DNA of 28,775 bases from a virus (Duplodnaviria; Heunggongvirae; Uroviricota; Caudoviricetes), in IMG/VR virus record IMGVR_UViG_2778261515_000018, positions 1 through 28,775 of that record; one strand, written 5' to 3'. A program made the translations under genes and the position numbers. Positions within the stretch are counted from its first letter, which is position 1. Each line of letters begins with the position of its first letter. Below are positions 7,272 through 16,565 of this stretch, one piece after another. Below the pieces are notes generated by a model. That model saw only the letters and a program-made list of their open reading frames with translations, did not search any database and had not been told where the DNA came from.

Positions 7272-8103
7272 TAGCTTTTTCCTCTTTTTGTAGATACGTT
7301 GTACAATCAATAACCCTCGGCTTTCCAAATGTTGGAATGTCACCATTATGAATTTTGTCACAGAAAAGATTATAGAGTATTTCTGTTATACCTTTAGGAT
7401 GCTCAACACACTTGAAAAGTTCCTTGGCTTCTTTTCTGTCTATAACAAATCCATGTGAAGGATATGAGGCTATTAGTTTGCCTAACGCCCCTTCTTTTAG
7501 GCTGCTTGGTTTGTCTGCTAATCGTTGGCCATAAGTGATAGCTATACTCATTGCGCGCTGATGTTCACCAAGCTTTATTGGATCTATCTGTGCGGCCATA
7601 GGTGCTATCAACGCTTCTGTAAGTCTGGTCGCGATATCAGCAGACATTTTAGTACTTATCTGATTTTCGTATCTTATCTTAACAAGGTGTGAGTTAAACG
7701 CTGAAATAGAGCGTTCCTTTAGAGCATCAAGAGCTGTCATGATAGCTAAACCAGAACTCATCTCACCTATTTCATCGTTTTTTTTCAGTTGGATATCTAA
7801 TGGCCCAAGCTCCCCCATGTCACCAATAACAAGTTTATTGGCTGCTATAGCTATTAGTGTACCAGCACTTTTGCATGGTCCAACAACTAAAAGTGTTACC
7901 GTTTCATAATGGTGTTGTAGAGCTCTACCTATACGATAACCTGCATTTGGATCACCGCCATAAGTAGCAACACAGAAGATAACATTCTCTTTTAATCCAT
8001 GTTGTGACTTACGTTTCTTGATTTCATTGGTGAGATCAAGATAACCATCACGATGAATATCGCCTGTATACACATAAACATCATGATTTTCAATAGAATT
8101 CAT
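7102..8103 (-). CDS. Clp/SppA-fold (S14/S49-like) serine peptidase-like protein (333 aa) in the position of lambda rexAB
   Basis: Track ORF; AGGGAG RBS 8 nt upstream of ATG. Motifs ATYGGDPNAGYRIGRAL and LVVGPCKSAGTLIAIAANK align by eye with the ClpP oxyanion and catalytic-Ser regions; no obvious ClpP His motif, so a Ser/Lys dyad is possible. C-terminal ~70 residues low complexity. Same strand as cI, 115 bp downstream. Confidence 0.65.
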   Translation of the reverse strand: MNSIENHDVYVYTGDIHRDGYLDLTNEIKKRKSQHGLKENVIFCVATYGGDPNAGYRIGRALQHHYETVTLLVVGPCKSAGTLIAIAANKLVIGDMGELGPLDIQLKKNDEIGEMSSGLAIMTALDALKERSISAFNSHLVKIRYENQISTKMSADIATRLTEALIAPMAAQIDPIKLGEHQRAMSIAITYGQRLADKPSSLKEGALGKLIASYPSHGFVIDRKEAKELFKCVEHPKGITEILYNLFCDKIHNGDIPTFGKPRVIDCTTYLQKEEKANAEESATGDGNSQQDVGKPDPRRSRSGKKSGTTPERDQEGIGAVSIQPPDEQQPNA

Positions 8104-8218
8104 TCGTTAAACTCCCTGCTGTGGTTACGATGAATGTATTCATGTTGAAGCTAAGCTATAGCGGCTTGTCATCATCACCAATCTGGCGGAATTGACTGCT
8201 CATAAATCACAATTGGAA

Positions 8219-8935
<717 letters not shown>

Positions 8936-8942
8936 TTAAATC

Positions 8943-9008
8943 TATCACCGCAAGGGATAAATATCTAACACCGTGCGTGTTGACTATTTTACCTCTAGCG
9001 GTGATAAT
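8943..9008. promoter_or_regulatory. OR3-OR2-OR1 operators with divergent pRM (leftward) and pR (rightward)
   Basis: OR3 TATCACCGCAAGGGATA 8943..8959; OR2 TAACACCGTGCGTGTTG 8966..8982; OR1 TACCTCTAGCGGTGATA 8990..9006; pR -35 TTGACT 8980..8985 and -10 GATAAT 9003..9008 with 17-bp spacer. Confidence 0.9.
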
Positions 9009-9023
9009 GATTGCATGTACTAA

Positions 9024-9233
<210 letters not shown>

Positions 9234-9240
9234 GTAACAC

Positions 9241-9275
9241 CGCTCTTTATCAATCTGCACCGCCGACAACGCGGT
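9241..9275 (+). promoter_or_regulatory. nutR: nutR: boxA (9241..9249) and P22-type boxB (9259..9275)
   Basis: CGCTCTTTA followed by hairpin ACCGC-CGACAAC-GCGGT just downstream of cro; matches P22 nutR boxB as recalled. Confidence 0.75.
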
Positions 9276-9287
9276 AACTAATTAAGC

Positions 9288-9305
9288 ACTCATCGAAAGA
9301 TGAGT
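9288..9305 (+). other. GAAA-tetraloop hairpin in the tR1 position
   Basis: ACTCATC GAAA GATGAGT followed by moderately U-rich sequence, between nutR and cII; no clean U-run. Confidence 0.3.
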
Positions 9306-9329
9306 ATTAGTGATTATTTACCTATGGAA

Positions 9330-9362
9330 ATAGTAAGAAATGGAACAAACAAGTTACAGCAA
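9330..9362 (-). promoter_or_regulatory. pRE-like CII-activated promoter
   Basis: Minus strand TTGC-N6-TTGT (9362..9349), 13 nt, then TACTAT -10-like hexamer (9335..9330), overlapping the cII start with the same architecture as lambda pRE. Confidence 0.6.
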
Positions 9363-9639
9363 ACTATCACAGCGCGACGTTGATCGCGCTGAAACAGATT
9401 TACTCATCAACCTGTCAACGCTTACCCAGCGCGGTCTGGCAAAGATGATTGGTTGTCATGAATCGAAGATAAGCAGAACGGACTGGAGATTTATTGCTTC
9501 GGTCTTGTGTGCTTTCGGAATGGCATCAGACATCAGTCCGATTAGCAGGGCTTTTAAGTATGCGCTTGATGGACTCACCAATAAAAAACGCCCGGTGTGC
9601 AAGACCGAGCGTTCTGATCAAATACAAATGGAATTTTAA
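9340..9639 (+). CDS. cII: CII transcriptional activator
   Basis: Track ORF; C-terminus LTNKKRPVCKTERSDQIQMEF matches the lambda CII C-terminus as recalled; follows cro and nutR. Confidence 0.8.
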   Translation: MEQTSYSKLSQRDVDRAETDLLINLSTLTQRGLAKMIGCHESKISRTDWRFIASVLCAFGMASDISPISRAFKYALDGLTNKKRPVCKTERSDQIQMEF

Positions 9640-9661
9640 CAACATCCAACGAGGTAATTAT

Positions 9662-9934
9662 ATGCGAAACAAAGGCTTTAATCCACCTGATACACACAAA
9701 GAAGCTAAGCGTTTGCGCTTCCTTCGTTCCATTGATGAAAGAACTCAAATCTCTTTTGTGAAAGTTGCCAGAACTGAGCTTCTGAAGGCTGAGGCGAGGG
9801 CGTTGCTCCCGTCTCTACCAAAAGAGGAGGGATATACGTTCATTCCAAACGCATTTCTGGAAAAGCTGCTCAAAGAAGACATATCCGTAAGTCAGTTTAA
9901 CGATGTTCTTAAGGTCTTTCGTCAAGGCAGGTAG
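9662..9934 (+). CDS. Hypothetical protein (90 aa) between cII and the replication genes
   Basis: Internal ATG of track ORF 9494..9934 with GAGGT RBS 7 nt upstream. Confidence 0.55.
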   Translation: MRNKGFNPPDTHKEAKRLRFLRSIDERTQISFVKVARTELLKAEARALLPSLPKEEGYTFIPNAFLEKLLKEDISVSQFNDVLKVFRQGR

Positions 9935-9936
9935 TT

Positions 9937-10884
9937 ATGAGCAATACAGCAAAAATCTACGATTTCAGCGCCGCACACGAGCGCAGGAGCAACAGGATGG
10001 AGAACCAGAAAACTGGTTACATTCCGTTGTACCGGAGCATTCTGAAACAGTCATGGGCGAAAGATGTTTATCTTCGCACCCTGTGGGAAAACCTTCTCCT
10101 GAATGCCGCCAGAAAGCCATACAAAGCGAATTTCAAAGGTCATGAATGGCATCTGCAACCCGGTCAACTGGTTGTGACAGCAGCTGATTTAGGTCTTCAG
10201 TTATGCGACAGGCATGGCAAGCCGGCAAGCCGTGATCAGGTTGAGCGGATGCTTCAGGTTTTTGTGAAAGAGGGGATGATCACCATTGATGGAGAGAAGC
10301 AAAAAGGTCGTGTGATCACCATCACAAATTACCATGAATATGCTCAAAAAATGGACAATTCACCCGCACATGAAGCCGCACAAACAACCGCACATGATGC
10401 CGCACATGATGAAGCCAGTAATGGCGCGGCTTTCAGCGTACATGCCGCACATGAAAGCGCACATGAAGCCGCACAAACAACCGCACATCATGAACAAGAA
10501 GGTATTAACAAGAATATAAATAATACCCCCCTACCCCCCAATGGGGGAGGCGATGGGCAGGTTAAACATGAACGTCGCAAGGCAGAACGAATCGACTACG
10601 AATCCTTCCTGAACGCCTACAACACCGAAGTCGGTGACAGACTGCCACACGCTGTTGCGGTCAACGAGAAACGCAAACGCCGCCTGAAGAAAATCATCCC
10701 GCAACTGAAAACGCCAAACGTGGACGGTTTCAGAGCGTATGTCAGGGCGTTTGTACATCAGGCCAAGCCGTTTTACTTCGGAGACAACGACACTGGCTGG
10801 ACGGCAGATTTTGATTACCTGCTGAGGGAAGATTCGTTAACGGGAGTACGGGAAGGGAAGTTTGCAGACAGGGGGATAGCATGA
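9937..10884 (+). CDS. Replication initiator, O / P22 gp18-like (315 aa)
   Basis: Track ORF directly upstream of the helicase gene (ATGA overlap); contains the internal iteron array and A+T-rich tract typical of a lambdoid ori inside O. Confidence 0.75.
   Translation: MSNTAKIYDFSAAHERRSNRMENQKTGYIPLYRSILKQSWAKDVYLRTLWENLLLNAARKPYKANFKGHEWHLQPGQLVVTAADLGLQLCDRHGKPASRDQVERMLQVFVKEGMITIDGEKQKGRVITITNYHEYAQKMDNSPAHEAAQTTAHDAAHDEASNGAAFSVHAAHESAHEAAQTTAHHEQEGINKNINNTPLPPNGGGDGQVKHERRKAERIDYESFLNAYNTEVGDRLPHAVAVNEKRKRRLKKIIPQLKTPNVDGFRAYVRAFVHQAKPFYFGDNDTGWTADFDYLLREDSLTGVREGKFADRGIA
10363..10530. repeat. Origin-like iteron array plus A+T-rich tract inside the O-like gene
   Basis: Two clusters of about 4 direct repeats of CCGCACATGA / GCCGCACAAACAA (10363..10413 and 10444..10494), including a ~30-bp near-perfect direct repeat (10369..10399 vs 10463..10493), then AAGAATATAAATAATA and a C-run/G-run inverted repeat. 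Confidence 0.7.
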
Positions 10885-12257
10885 GACAGGATATCGAAGC
10901 GAGCGTTATCGGTGGCCTGCTGATTGGTGGATTAACACCAACTGCCAGTGACGTTCTGGCAACGCTGGAGCCGGAAGCGTTTTCAATTCCGCTCTACCGG
11001 AAAGCCTTCGAGGTTATCCGCAAGCAGGCGAGAAACAGAAACCTAATCGACGCGCTGATGGTTGCCGAGGCGTGCGGAGAGGAGCATTTCACGTCAATCC
11101 TGATGACCAGCAAAAACTGCCCGAGTGCCGCAAACCTGAAGGGATATGCCGGAATGGTCGCGGATAACTATCACCGCCGTCTGGTGCTGGAAATCATGGA
11201 TGAAATGCGTGAACCAATTCAGAGCGGAACCATCGACGCATCGAGTCAGGCGATGGATGAGCTTGTAAAGCGTCTCTCAGCCATCAGAAAGCCCCGTGAC
11301 GAGGTAAAACCTGTACGGTTAGGGGAAATCATTACTGACTACACTGACACGCTTGACAGGCGTCTGAGGAACGGAGAAGAGTCAGATACCCTGAAGACCG
11401 GAATCGAAGAACTTGATGCCATCACCGGAGGGATGAACGCGGAAGACCTGGTGATAATCGCTGCTCGTCCTGGTATGGGGAAAACCGAACTGGCGCTGAA
11501 GATTGCCGAAGGCGTTGCAAGCCGCGTTATTCCTGGTTCTGACGTCCGGCGCGGAGTATTGATTTTCTCAATGGAAATGAGCGCATTGCAGATTGCAGAG
11601 CGAAGCATTGCCAACGCCGGGAGGATGTCGGTTAGCGTACTGCGAAATCCTGCATCAATGGATGACGAGGGCTGGGCACGCGTTGCTAACGGCATGAATC
11701 AGCTTGCGGATTTGGATGTATGGGTAGTCGATGCATCGCGGTTATCGGTCGAGGAAATACGCTCAATCGCAGAACGGCACAAACAGGAAAATCCAAACCT
11801 GTCACTCATCATGGCGGATTATCTTGGCCTGATTGAGAAGCCGAAAGCAGACCGCAACGACCTCGCAATTGCTCACATCTCCGGAAGCCTGAAGGCGATG
11901 GCGAAAGACCTGAAAACACCGGTTATCTCCCTGAGTCAGCTTTCGCGCGATGTTGAGAAGCGACCAAACAAACGCCCGACAAACGCAGATTTGCGTGATT
12001 CAGGAAGCATTGAGCAGGACGCAGACTCAATCATCATGCTCTATCGGGAAGCGGTATATGACGAGAACAGTAGCGCCGCACCATTTGCTGAAATCATCGT
12101 GACGAAAAACCGTTTTGGCTCGCTTGGTACGGTTTACCAGCGGTTCTGCAACGGACACTTTGTGGCATGTGACCAGGATGAAGCCAGACAGATTTGCACA
12201 GCATCAAATGCACCTGCTGCGCGTGGCAGACGATATGCACAAGGGGCTGACGTATGA
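10881..12257 (+). CDS. Replicative DNA helicase, DnaB family (P22 gp12-like)
   Basis: Walker A ARPGMGKT, DnaB-like N-terminal domain and C-terminal RecA-fold motifs ([20 protein letters not shown]). Confidence 0.9.
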   Translation: MRQDIEASVIGGLLIGGLTPTASDVLATLEPEAFSIPLYRKAFEVIRKQARNRNLIDALMVAEACGEEHFTSILMTSKNCPSAANLKGYAGMVADNYHRRLVLEIMDEMREPIQSGTIDASSQAMDELVKRLSAIRKPRDEVKPVRLGEIITDYTDTLDRRLRNGEESDTLKTGIEELDAITGGMNAEDLVIIAARPGMGKTELALKIAEGVASRVIPGSDVRRGVLIFSMEMSALQIAERSIANAGRMSVSVLRNPASMDDEGWARVANGMNQLADLDVWVVDASRLSVEEIRSIAERHKQENPNLSLIMADYLGLIEKPKADRNDLAIAHISGSLKAMAKDLKTPVISLSQLSRDVEKRPNKRPTNADLRDSGSIEQDADSIIMLYREAVYDENSSAAPFAEIIVTKNRFGSLGTVYQRFCNGHFVACDQDEARQICTASNAPAARGRRYAQGADV

Positions 12258-12282
12258 CCATCTACATCACTGAGCTAATAAC

Positions 12283-12314
12283 AGGCCTGCTGGTAATCGC
12301 AGGCCTTTTTATTT
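12283..12314 (+). terminator. tR2-like intrinsic terminator
   Basis: AGGCCTGC TGGTAATC GCAGGCCT followed by TTTTTATTT, between helicase and ninB. Confidence 0.7.
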
Positions 12315-12330
12315 GGGGGAGAGGGAAGTC

Positions 12331-12771
12331 ATGAAAAAACTAACCTTTGAAATTCGATCTCCAGCACATCAGCAAAACGCTATTCACGCAGTACAGCAAA
12401 TCCTTCCAGACCCAACCAAACCAATCGTAGTAACCATTCAGGAACGCAACCGCAGCTTAGACCAAAACAGGAAGCTATGGGCCTGCTTAGGTGACGTCTC
12501 TCGTCAGGTTGAATGGCATGGTCGCTGGCTGGATGCAGAAAGCTGGAAGTGCGTTTTTACAGCAGCATTAAAGCAGCAGGACGTTGTTCCTAACCTTGCC
12601 GGGAATGGCTTTGTGGTAATAGGCCAGTCAACCAGCAGGATGCGTGTAAGCGAATTTGCGGAGCTATTAGAGCTTATACAGGCATTCGGTACAGAGCGTG
12701 GCGTTAAGTGGTCAGACGAAGCGCGACTAGCTCTCGAATGGAAAGCGCGATGGGGAGATCGGGCTGCATGA
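12331..12771 (+). CDS. ninB: NinB (Orf) recombination mediator
   Basis: MKKLTFEIRSPAHQQNAIHAVQQILPDPTKPIVVTIQERNRSLDQNRKLWACLGD... near-identical to lambda NinB as recalled; track ORF is extended upstream. Confidence 0.9.
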   Translation: MKKLTFEIRSPAHQQNAIHAVQQILPDPTKPIVVTIQERNRSLDQNRKLWACLGDVSRQVEWHGRWLDAESWKCVFTAALKQQDVVPNLAGNGFVVIGQSTSRMRVSEFAELLELIQAFGTERGVKWSDEARLALEWKARWGDRAA

Positions 12772-13295
12772 CTATCAAATCAAATACGCCAGCACACGAC
12801 AAGGACTGCTGGCAAACGCCGCTTTGGCTTTTTGATGCACTGGATATTGAGTTTGGATTCTGGCTGGATTCAGCTGCGAGCGACAAAAACGCTCTGTGCG
12901 CTCACTGGCTAACTGAGGCTGACGACGCGCTAAATTCTGAGTGGATAAGCCACGGTGCAATCTGGAATAACCCACCGTACAGCAATATCAGGCCGTGGGT
13001 GGAAAAAGCCGCTGAGCAGTGCATACAACAGCGACAGACGGTAGTGATGCTTGTGCCAGAGGATATGTCAGTCGGATGGTTCAGCAAGGCTCTGGAGAGT
13101 GTCGACGAAGTTCGCATTATCACTGATGGACGGATTAATTTTATCGAACCATCGACGGGGCTGGAGAAGAAGGGAAACAGCAAAGGCTCCATGCTGCTGA
13201 TTTGGCGACCGTTTATCAGTCCTCGACGGATGTTTACTACCGTATCCAAAGCGGCATTGATGGCGATCGGGCAGGGCGTCAGGAGGGCGGCATGA
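12768..13295 (+). CDS. Phage DNA N6-adenine methyltransferase (Dam-like)
   Basis: NPPY catalytic motif (IWNNPPYSN); start overlaps ninB stop (ATGA). Confidence 0.8.
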   Translation: MTIKSNTPAHDKDCWQTPLWLFDALDIEFGFWLDSAASDKNALCAHWLTEADDALNSEWISHGAIWNNPPYSNIRPWVEKAAEQCIQQRQTVVMLVPEDMSVGWFSKALESVDEVRIITDGRINFIEPSTGLEKKGNSKGSMLLIWRPFISPRRMFTTVSKAALMAIGQGVRRAA

Positions 13296-13468
13296 GGCGA
13301 CAGCGACGAAGTTTCACCGACATCATCTGCGAAAACTGCAAATACCTTCCAACGAAACGCTCCAGAAATAAACGCAAGCCAATCCCAAAAGAATCTGACG
13401 TAAAAACCTTCAACTACACGGCTCACCTGTGGGATATCCGGTGGCTAAGACATCGTGCGAGGAAATGA
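13292..13468 (+). CDS. ninE: NinE
   Basis: [58 protein letters not shown] matches lambda NinE as recalled; ATGA overlap with the MTase stop. Confidence 0.8.
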   Translation: MRRQRRSFTDIICENCKYLPTKRSRNKRKPIPKESDVKTFNYTAHLWDIRWLRHRARK

Positions 13469-13470
13469 CA

Positions 13471-13830
13471 ATGGATTATTCACAGTTAAGTGATTTTGAA
13501 ATTAACGTGGCGGTATTCGAAGCCATTCATAACGGATCACCGGATTACAAAGAAGGTGAGAATGGCGATATGGTGTTTGTCTCATTTGAGGGAGACATTG
13601 TAAACGGAGACGCAGTTGAAGTAGAAGTTGAGCGCGGATCATTTAACCCATGCGTAAACCCAGCAGACGCATGGCCGATTATTGAAAAATACAGGATTAG
13701 CATTATCAATCTCGATGAAGACGAGTGGGGTGCACGCGGTGTGGCCTACTGTAAATCTAAGCGAGCTATACATGAAAATCCCCTCCGCGCCGCCATGATT
13801 GTCTTTCTCATGATGCAGAGAATCCAATAA
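13471..13830 (+). CDS. Hypothetical nin-region protein (NinX-like, 119 aa)
   Basis: ATG at 13471 with GAGGAA 6 nt upstream; family assignment is memory-based and uncertain. Confidence 0.6.
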   Translation: MDYSQLSDFEINVAVFEAIHNGSPDYKEGENGDMVFVSFEGDIVNGDAVEVEVERGSFNPCVNPADAWPIIEKYRISIINLDEDEWGARGVAYCKSKRAIHENPLRAAMIVFLMMQRIQ

Positions 13831-14006
13831 TGCTTAGCCCATCCCAATCCCTTCAATACCAGAAAGAAAGCGTCGAGCGAGCTTTAACGTGCGCTAACTG
13901 CGGTCAGAAGCTGCATGTGCTGGAAGTTCACGTGTGCTCCGATTGCTGCGCAGAACTGATGAGCGATCCGAATAGCTCAATGTACGAGGAAGAAGACGAT
14001 GAATGA
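13830..14006 (+). CDS. ninF: NinF (58 aa, Cys-rich)
   Basis: Hand-translated MLSPSQSLQYQKESVERALTCANCGQKLHVLEVHVCSDCCAELMSDPNSSMYEEEDDE matches lambda NinF as recalled; below the track cutoff. Confidence 0.8.
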   Translation: MLSPSQSLQYQKESVERALTCANCGQKLHVLEVHVCSDCCAELMSDPNSSMYEEEDDE

Positions 14007-14721
14007 GTTAATAAATGGCAATGCCATCAAAATGACAAGCATTGAAATCGCTGAGTTGGTGGGAAGTCGTCCAGATAACGTAAAAATATCAATAGAGCGC
14101 CTGGCTAAATCTGGAGTTATTCAACTTCCTGCATTGCAGGTTTTCGAAAAAATCAATAACTTAGGACTGCGCCGTAGTGTCGAGGCTTACGTCTTCGAAG
14201 GCGAACAAGGCAAGCGCGACAGCATTATTGTCGTTGCCCAGTTGTCGCCGGAATTCACCGCTCGTCTTGTTGACCGTTGGCGAGAGCTTGAAGAAACTGC
14301 GGTTAATATCCCAAAAACGCTACCAGAAGCGTTGCGCCTTGCTGCTGACCTTGCTGAGCAGAAAATGCAACTGGAAAACCAGCTCGCAATTGCCGCACCT
14401 AAAGTTGAGTTTGCCGATCGCGTTGGCGAGGCCAGCGGAATTTTGATTGGAAACTTTGCAAAGGTTGTTGGAATTGGTCCAAACAAACTGTTTGCGTGGA
14501 TGCGCGATCACAAAATCCTTATTGCTTCAGGTTCCCGGCGCAATGTGCCAATGCAGGAATATATGGATCGCGGCTATTTCACAGTGAAAGAAACAGCGGT
14601 CAACACAAATCACGGAATACAGATATCGTTCACCACAAAAATCACCGGGCGTGGTCAACAGTGGCTGACCAGAAAGCTGCTCGATAACGGAATGCTGAAA
14701 GTAACAGGGGAGGCTGCTTAA
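13999..14721 (+). CDS. Rha-family regulator with KilA-C (antirepressor-like) C-terminal domain
   Basis: N-terminal Rha-like region and C-terminal KilAC-like region (AAPKVEFADRVGEASGILIGNFAKVVGIGPNKLFAWMRDHKIL...). Confidence 0.7.
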   Translation: MNELINGNAIKMTSIEIAELVGSRPDNVKISIERLAKSGVIQLPALQVFEKINNLGLRRSVEAYVFEGEQGKRDSIIVVAQLSPEFTARLVDRWRELEETAVNIPKTLPEALRLAADLAEQKMQLENQLAIAAPKVEFADRVGEASGILIGNFAKVVGIGPNKLFAWMRDHKILIASGSRRNVPMQEYMDRGYFTVKETAVNTNHGIQISFTTKITGRGQQWLTRKLLDNGMLKVTGEAA

Positions 14722-15011
14722 TGGCTAACCTACGCAAAGAAGCACGCGGCAGAGAATGCCAGGTACGTATTTACGGCGTATGCAATGGTAATCCTGAAAC
14801 TACAGTTCTGGCACATTACCGGATGGCTGGAATTTGCGGAACGGGAATGAAGCCTGACGACCTGATCGGCGCATGGGCTTGTAGCGCGTGTCACGATGAA
14901 ATCGACCGACGCACCCATAATCTCGACAACAAAGACGCCAGACTTTACCACCTCGAAGGCGTGATCAGGACGCAGGCGATACTGCTGAAGGAGGGGAAGA
15001 TTAAGCCATGA
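14721..15011 (+). CDS. DUF1364 (YbcO-like) Cys/His-rich protein, putative nuclease
   Basis: MANLRKEARGRECQVRIYGVCNGNPETTVLAHYRMAGICGTGMKPDDLIGAWACSACHDEIDRR... resembles DLP12 YbcO as recalled. Confidence 0.6.
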   Translation: MANLRKEARGRECQVRIYGVCNGNPETTVLAHYRMAGICGTGMKPDDLIGAWACSACHDEIDRRTHNLDNKDARLYHLEGVIRTQAILLKEGKIKP

Positions 15012-15370
15012 ACGAATATCAGTTTGTGCTTCCTTACCCGCCGTCGGTGAACACCTACTGGCGAAGACGGGGAAGCCAATACTACATCAGCGATAAAGGC
15101 CAGAAATACCGAAAAGACGTTCAGCAAATCATCCGCCAACTCAAGTTAGACATTTTCACCAAATCAAGACTCCGCATCAAAGTCATCGCAGACGTTCCAG
15201 ACTCCCGCCGCCGCGACCTCGATAACATCCTGAAGGGTTTACTCGACTCCCTTATCCACGCCGGATTTGCGGAAGACGACGAGCAATTCGATGACATTCG
15301 CGTAATTCGTGGCGTGAAAGTACCAGGCGGAAGGCTTGGAATAAAAATCACCGAACTGGAGAACGCATGA
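15008..15370 (+). CDS. rusA: RusA Holliday-junction resolvase
   Basis: 120 aa with RusA motifs (PDSRRRDLDNILKGLLDSL, GGRLGIKITELE); ATGA overlaps. Confidence 0.85.
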   Translation: MNEYQFVLPYPPSVNTYWRRRGSQYYISDKGQKYRKDVQQIIRQLKLDIFTKSRLRIKVIADVPDSRRRDLDNILKGLLDSLIHAGFAEDDEQFDDIRVIRGVKVPGGRLGIKITELENA

Positions 15371-15555
15371 ACGCCACAATTCAAACGATACCAGAGCTTC
15401 TTATCCAGACACGAGGCAATCAGACCGAAGTGGCAAGGATGCTTTCCTGCGCAAGAGGAACAGTGCTCAAGTACAACCGAGACAGCAAAGGCGAGCGTCA
15501 CGTAATAGTTAACGGCGTCCTGATGGTCAAACAGGGCAAGAGGGGAAGACGATGA
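15367..15555 (+). CDS. ninH: NinH-like small DNA-binding protein
   Basis: MNATIQTIPELLIQTRGNQTEVARMLSCARGTVLKYNRD... resembles lambda NinH as recalled. Confidence 0.7.
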   Translation: MNATIQTIPELLIQTRGNQTEVARMLSCARGTVLKYNRDSKGERHVIVNGVLMVKQGKRGRR

Positions 15556-16040
15556 GCATAAGAGAACTAAACCTCACCAAAGAACAGCACGATTGGCTGA
15601 ATGGCTGGCTTGAACTGTGGGGCGCATGGGTTTATTCAGGCCGCCTGGAAAAGCGCATGAGCAGCGTAATAGCGAAGTTCATGGAGAGCGTAGAGCCGGG
15701 AAGAGTTATGACAAGGCCAATGTGTAATGATGATGATGGAATGTTGATTTCTCAGGTCGTCGATTCCGTCATGTACATTGACAAGAAAGCCTTTGGAATC
15801 CTCCTCAGCTACTACGCTCATGGCTCTTCCAAGCACGCCATTGCATCTTACTATCATCGCGTCGCAAGACCTCGCAAGATGTTATGCCGTGGCGGCGGGC
15901 GCATTCAAAAACCATCGCTCGCAACCTGTCGACGGGAAGTTGACGAAATCCTTAATGCCTCGTTGTTTATGATTTACCCGGTTCTGGATAGTGCGTTTAA
16001 AAATCGGAAACGTGTAGAGAAAATTAAACATGTAGCATAG
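15552..16040 (+). CDS. Q: Late-gene antiterminator Q (non-lambda Q family, 162 aa)
   Basis: Last gene before tR' and the lysis cassette; WGAW...PMCNDDDGMLISQVV...YYAHG pattern consistent with the phage 82/21-type Q family as recalled. Confidence 0.65.
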   Translation: MSIRELNLTKEQHDWLNGWLELWGAWVYSGRLEKRMSSVIAKFMESVEPGRVMTRPMCNDDDGMLISQVVDSVMYIDKKAFGILLSYYAHGSSKHAIASYYHRVARPRKMLCRGGGRIQKPSLATCRREVDEILNASLFMIYPVLDSAFKNRKRVEKIKHVA

Positions 16041-16046
16041 AACGTG

Positions 16047-16081
16047 TTGACATCATTGAGCAAATGAGCAACACTATTGGC
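16047..16081 (+). promoter_or_regulatory. Candidate late promoter pR' / qut region
   Basis: TTGACA at 16047..16052 just downstream of Q and upstream of the terminator; no convincing -10 at canonical spacing, so position is approximate. Confidence 0.25.
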
Positions 16082-16085
16082 ATAA

Positions 16086-16132
16086 GCTGCCGTTAGTGAC
16101 TCTTAAGTTGCAACGGTGGCTTTTTTTGTTTG
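16086..16132 (+). terminator. tR' late terminator
   Basis: Stem GCUGCCGUU / AACGGUGGC (with G-U pairs), then UUUUUUUGUUUG; downstream sequence CACAACAGGTAAGAGCATTGAGTCG matches the lambda region just past tR' as recalled. Confidence 0.65.
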
Positions 16133-16410
16133 CACAACAGGTAAGAGCATTGAGTCGATAATCGTGAAGAGTCGGCGAGCCTGGTTAGCCAGTGCTCTTT
16201 CCGTTGTGGTGAATGCACAGGCTGATGTGCAAGGGCAAGAATCTTTCGCTGGATTCGGTGTGGCCACGTAGCCCGCTGTAGGCAGTTGCAGCAAACCGGA
16301 GATCAGCACCGGTCGCCACAATCCAAACTGAGCGTAGCCACTGGCTATCCTGAATTCATCAGTGATAGTTATGCTGCGGCCTTCTACACATGATCTTCGT
16401 GAAAGCGGGT

Positions 16411-16446
16411 GGCATGAGGTTGTTAGCGCAACCTCATGCCGTTTTG
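16411..16446 (+). other. Perfect 12-bp stem-loop in the late leader upstream of S
   Basis: GGCATGAGGTTG TTAGCG CAACCTCATGCC followed by GTTTTG; the equivalent lambda position has a hairpin with a different but still complementary stem as recalled. Confidence 0.5.
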
Positions 16447-16565
16447 CCCGTGCATATCGGTCACGAACAAATCTGATTACTAAACACAGTAGCCTGGATT
16501 TGTTCTATCAGTAATCGACCTTATTCCTAATTAAATAGAGCAAATCCCCTTATTGGGGGTAAGAC

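Noticed and set aside
10363-10494. Short direct repeats that could resemble a CRISPR array
   Set aside because: Repeats are 10-13 bp, imperfect, contiguous without spacers and lie inside a replication initiator gene; this is an iteron origin.
10334-10519. 61-aa ORF rich in HMKPHKQPH repeats
   Set aside because: Alternative frame through the iteron array inside the O-like gene; the periodicity comes from DNA repeats, not from a protein.
12708-12767. N-terminal extension of the methyltransferase ORF in the track (starting MVRRSATSS)
   Set aside because: The extension overlaps the ninB 3' end in another frame; an ATG at 12768 overlapping the ninB stop is the more plausible start.
16047-16081. 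A confident pR' promoter call
   Set aside because: Only a -35-like TTGACA is clear; no convincing -10 at canonical spacing and I cannot recall the cognate qut sequence for this Q family, so it is kept only as a low-confidence feature.
16103-16321. 72-aa minus-strand ORF in the Q-S intergenic region
   Set aside because: Falls in the non-coding late leader that matches lambda; no RBS; antisense to the late transcript.
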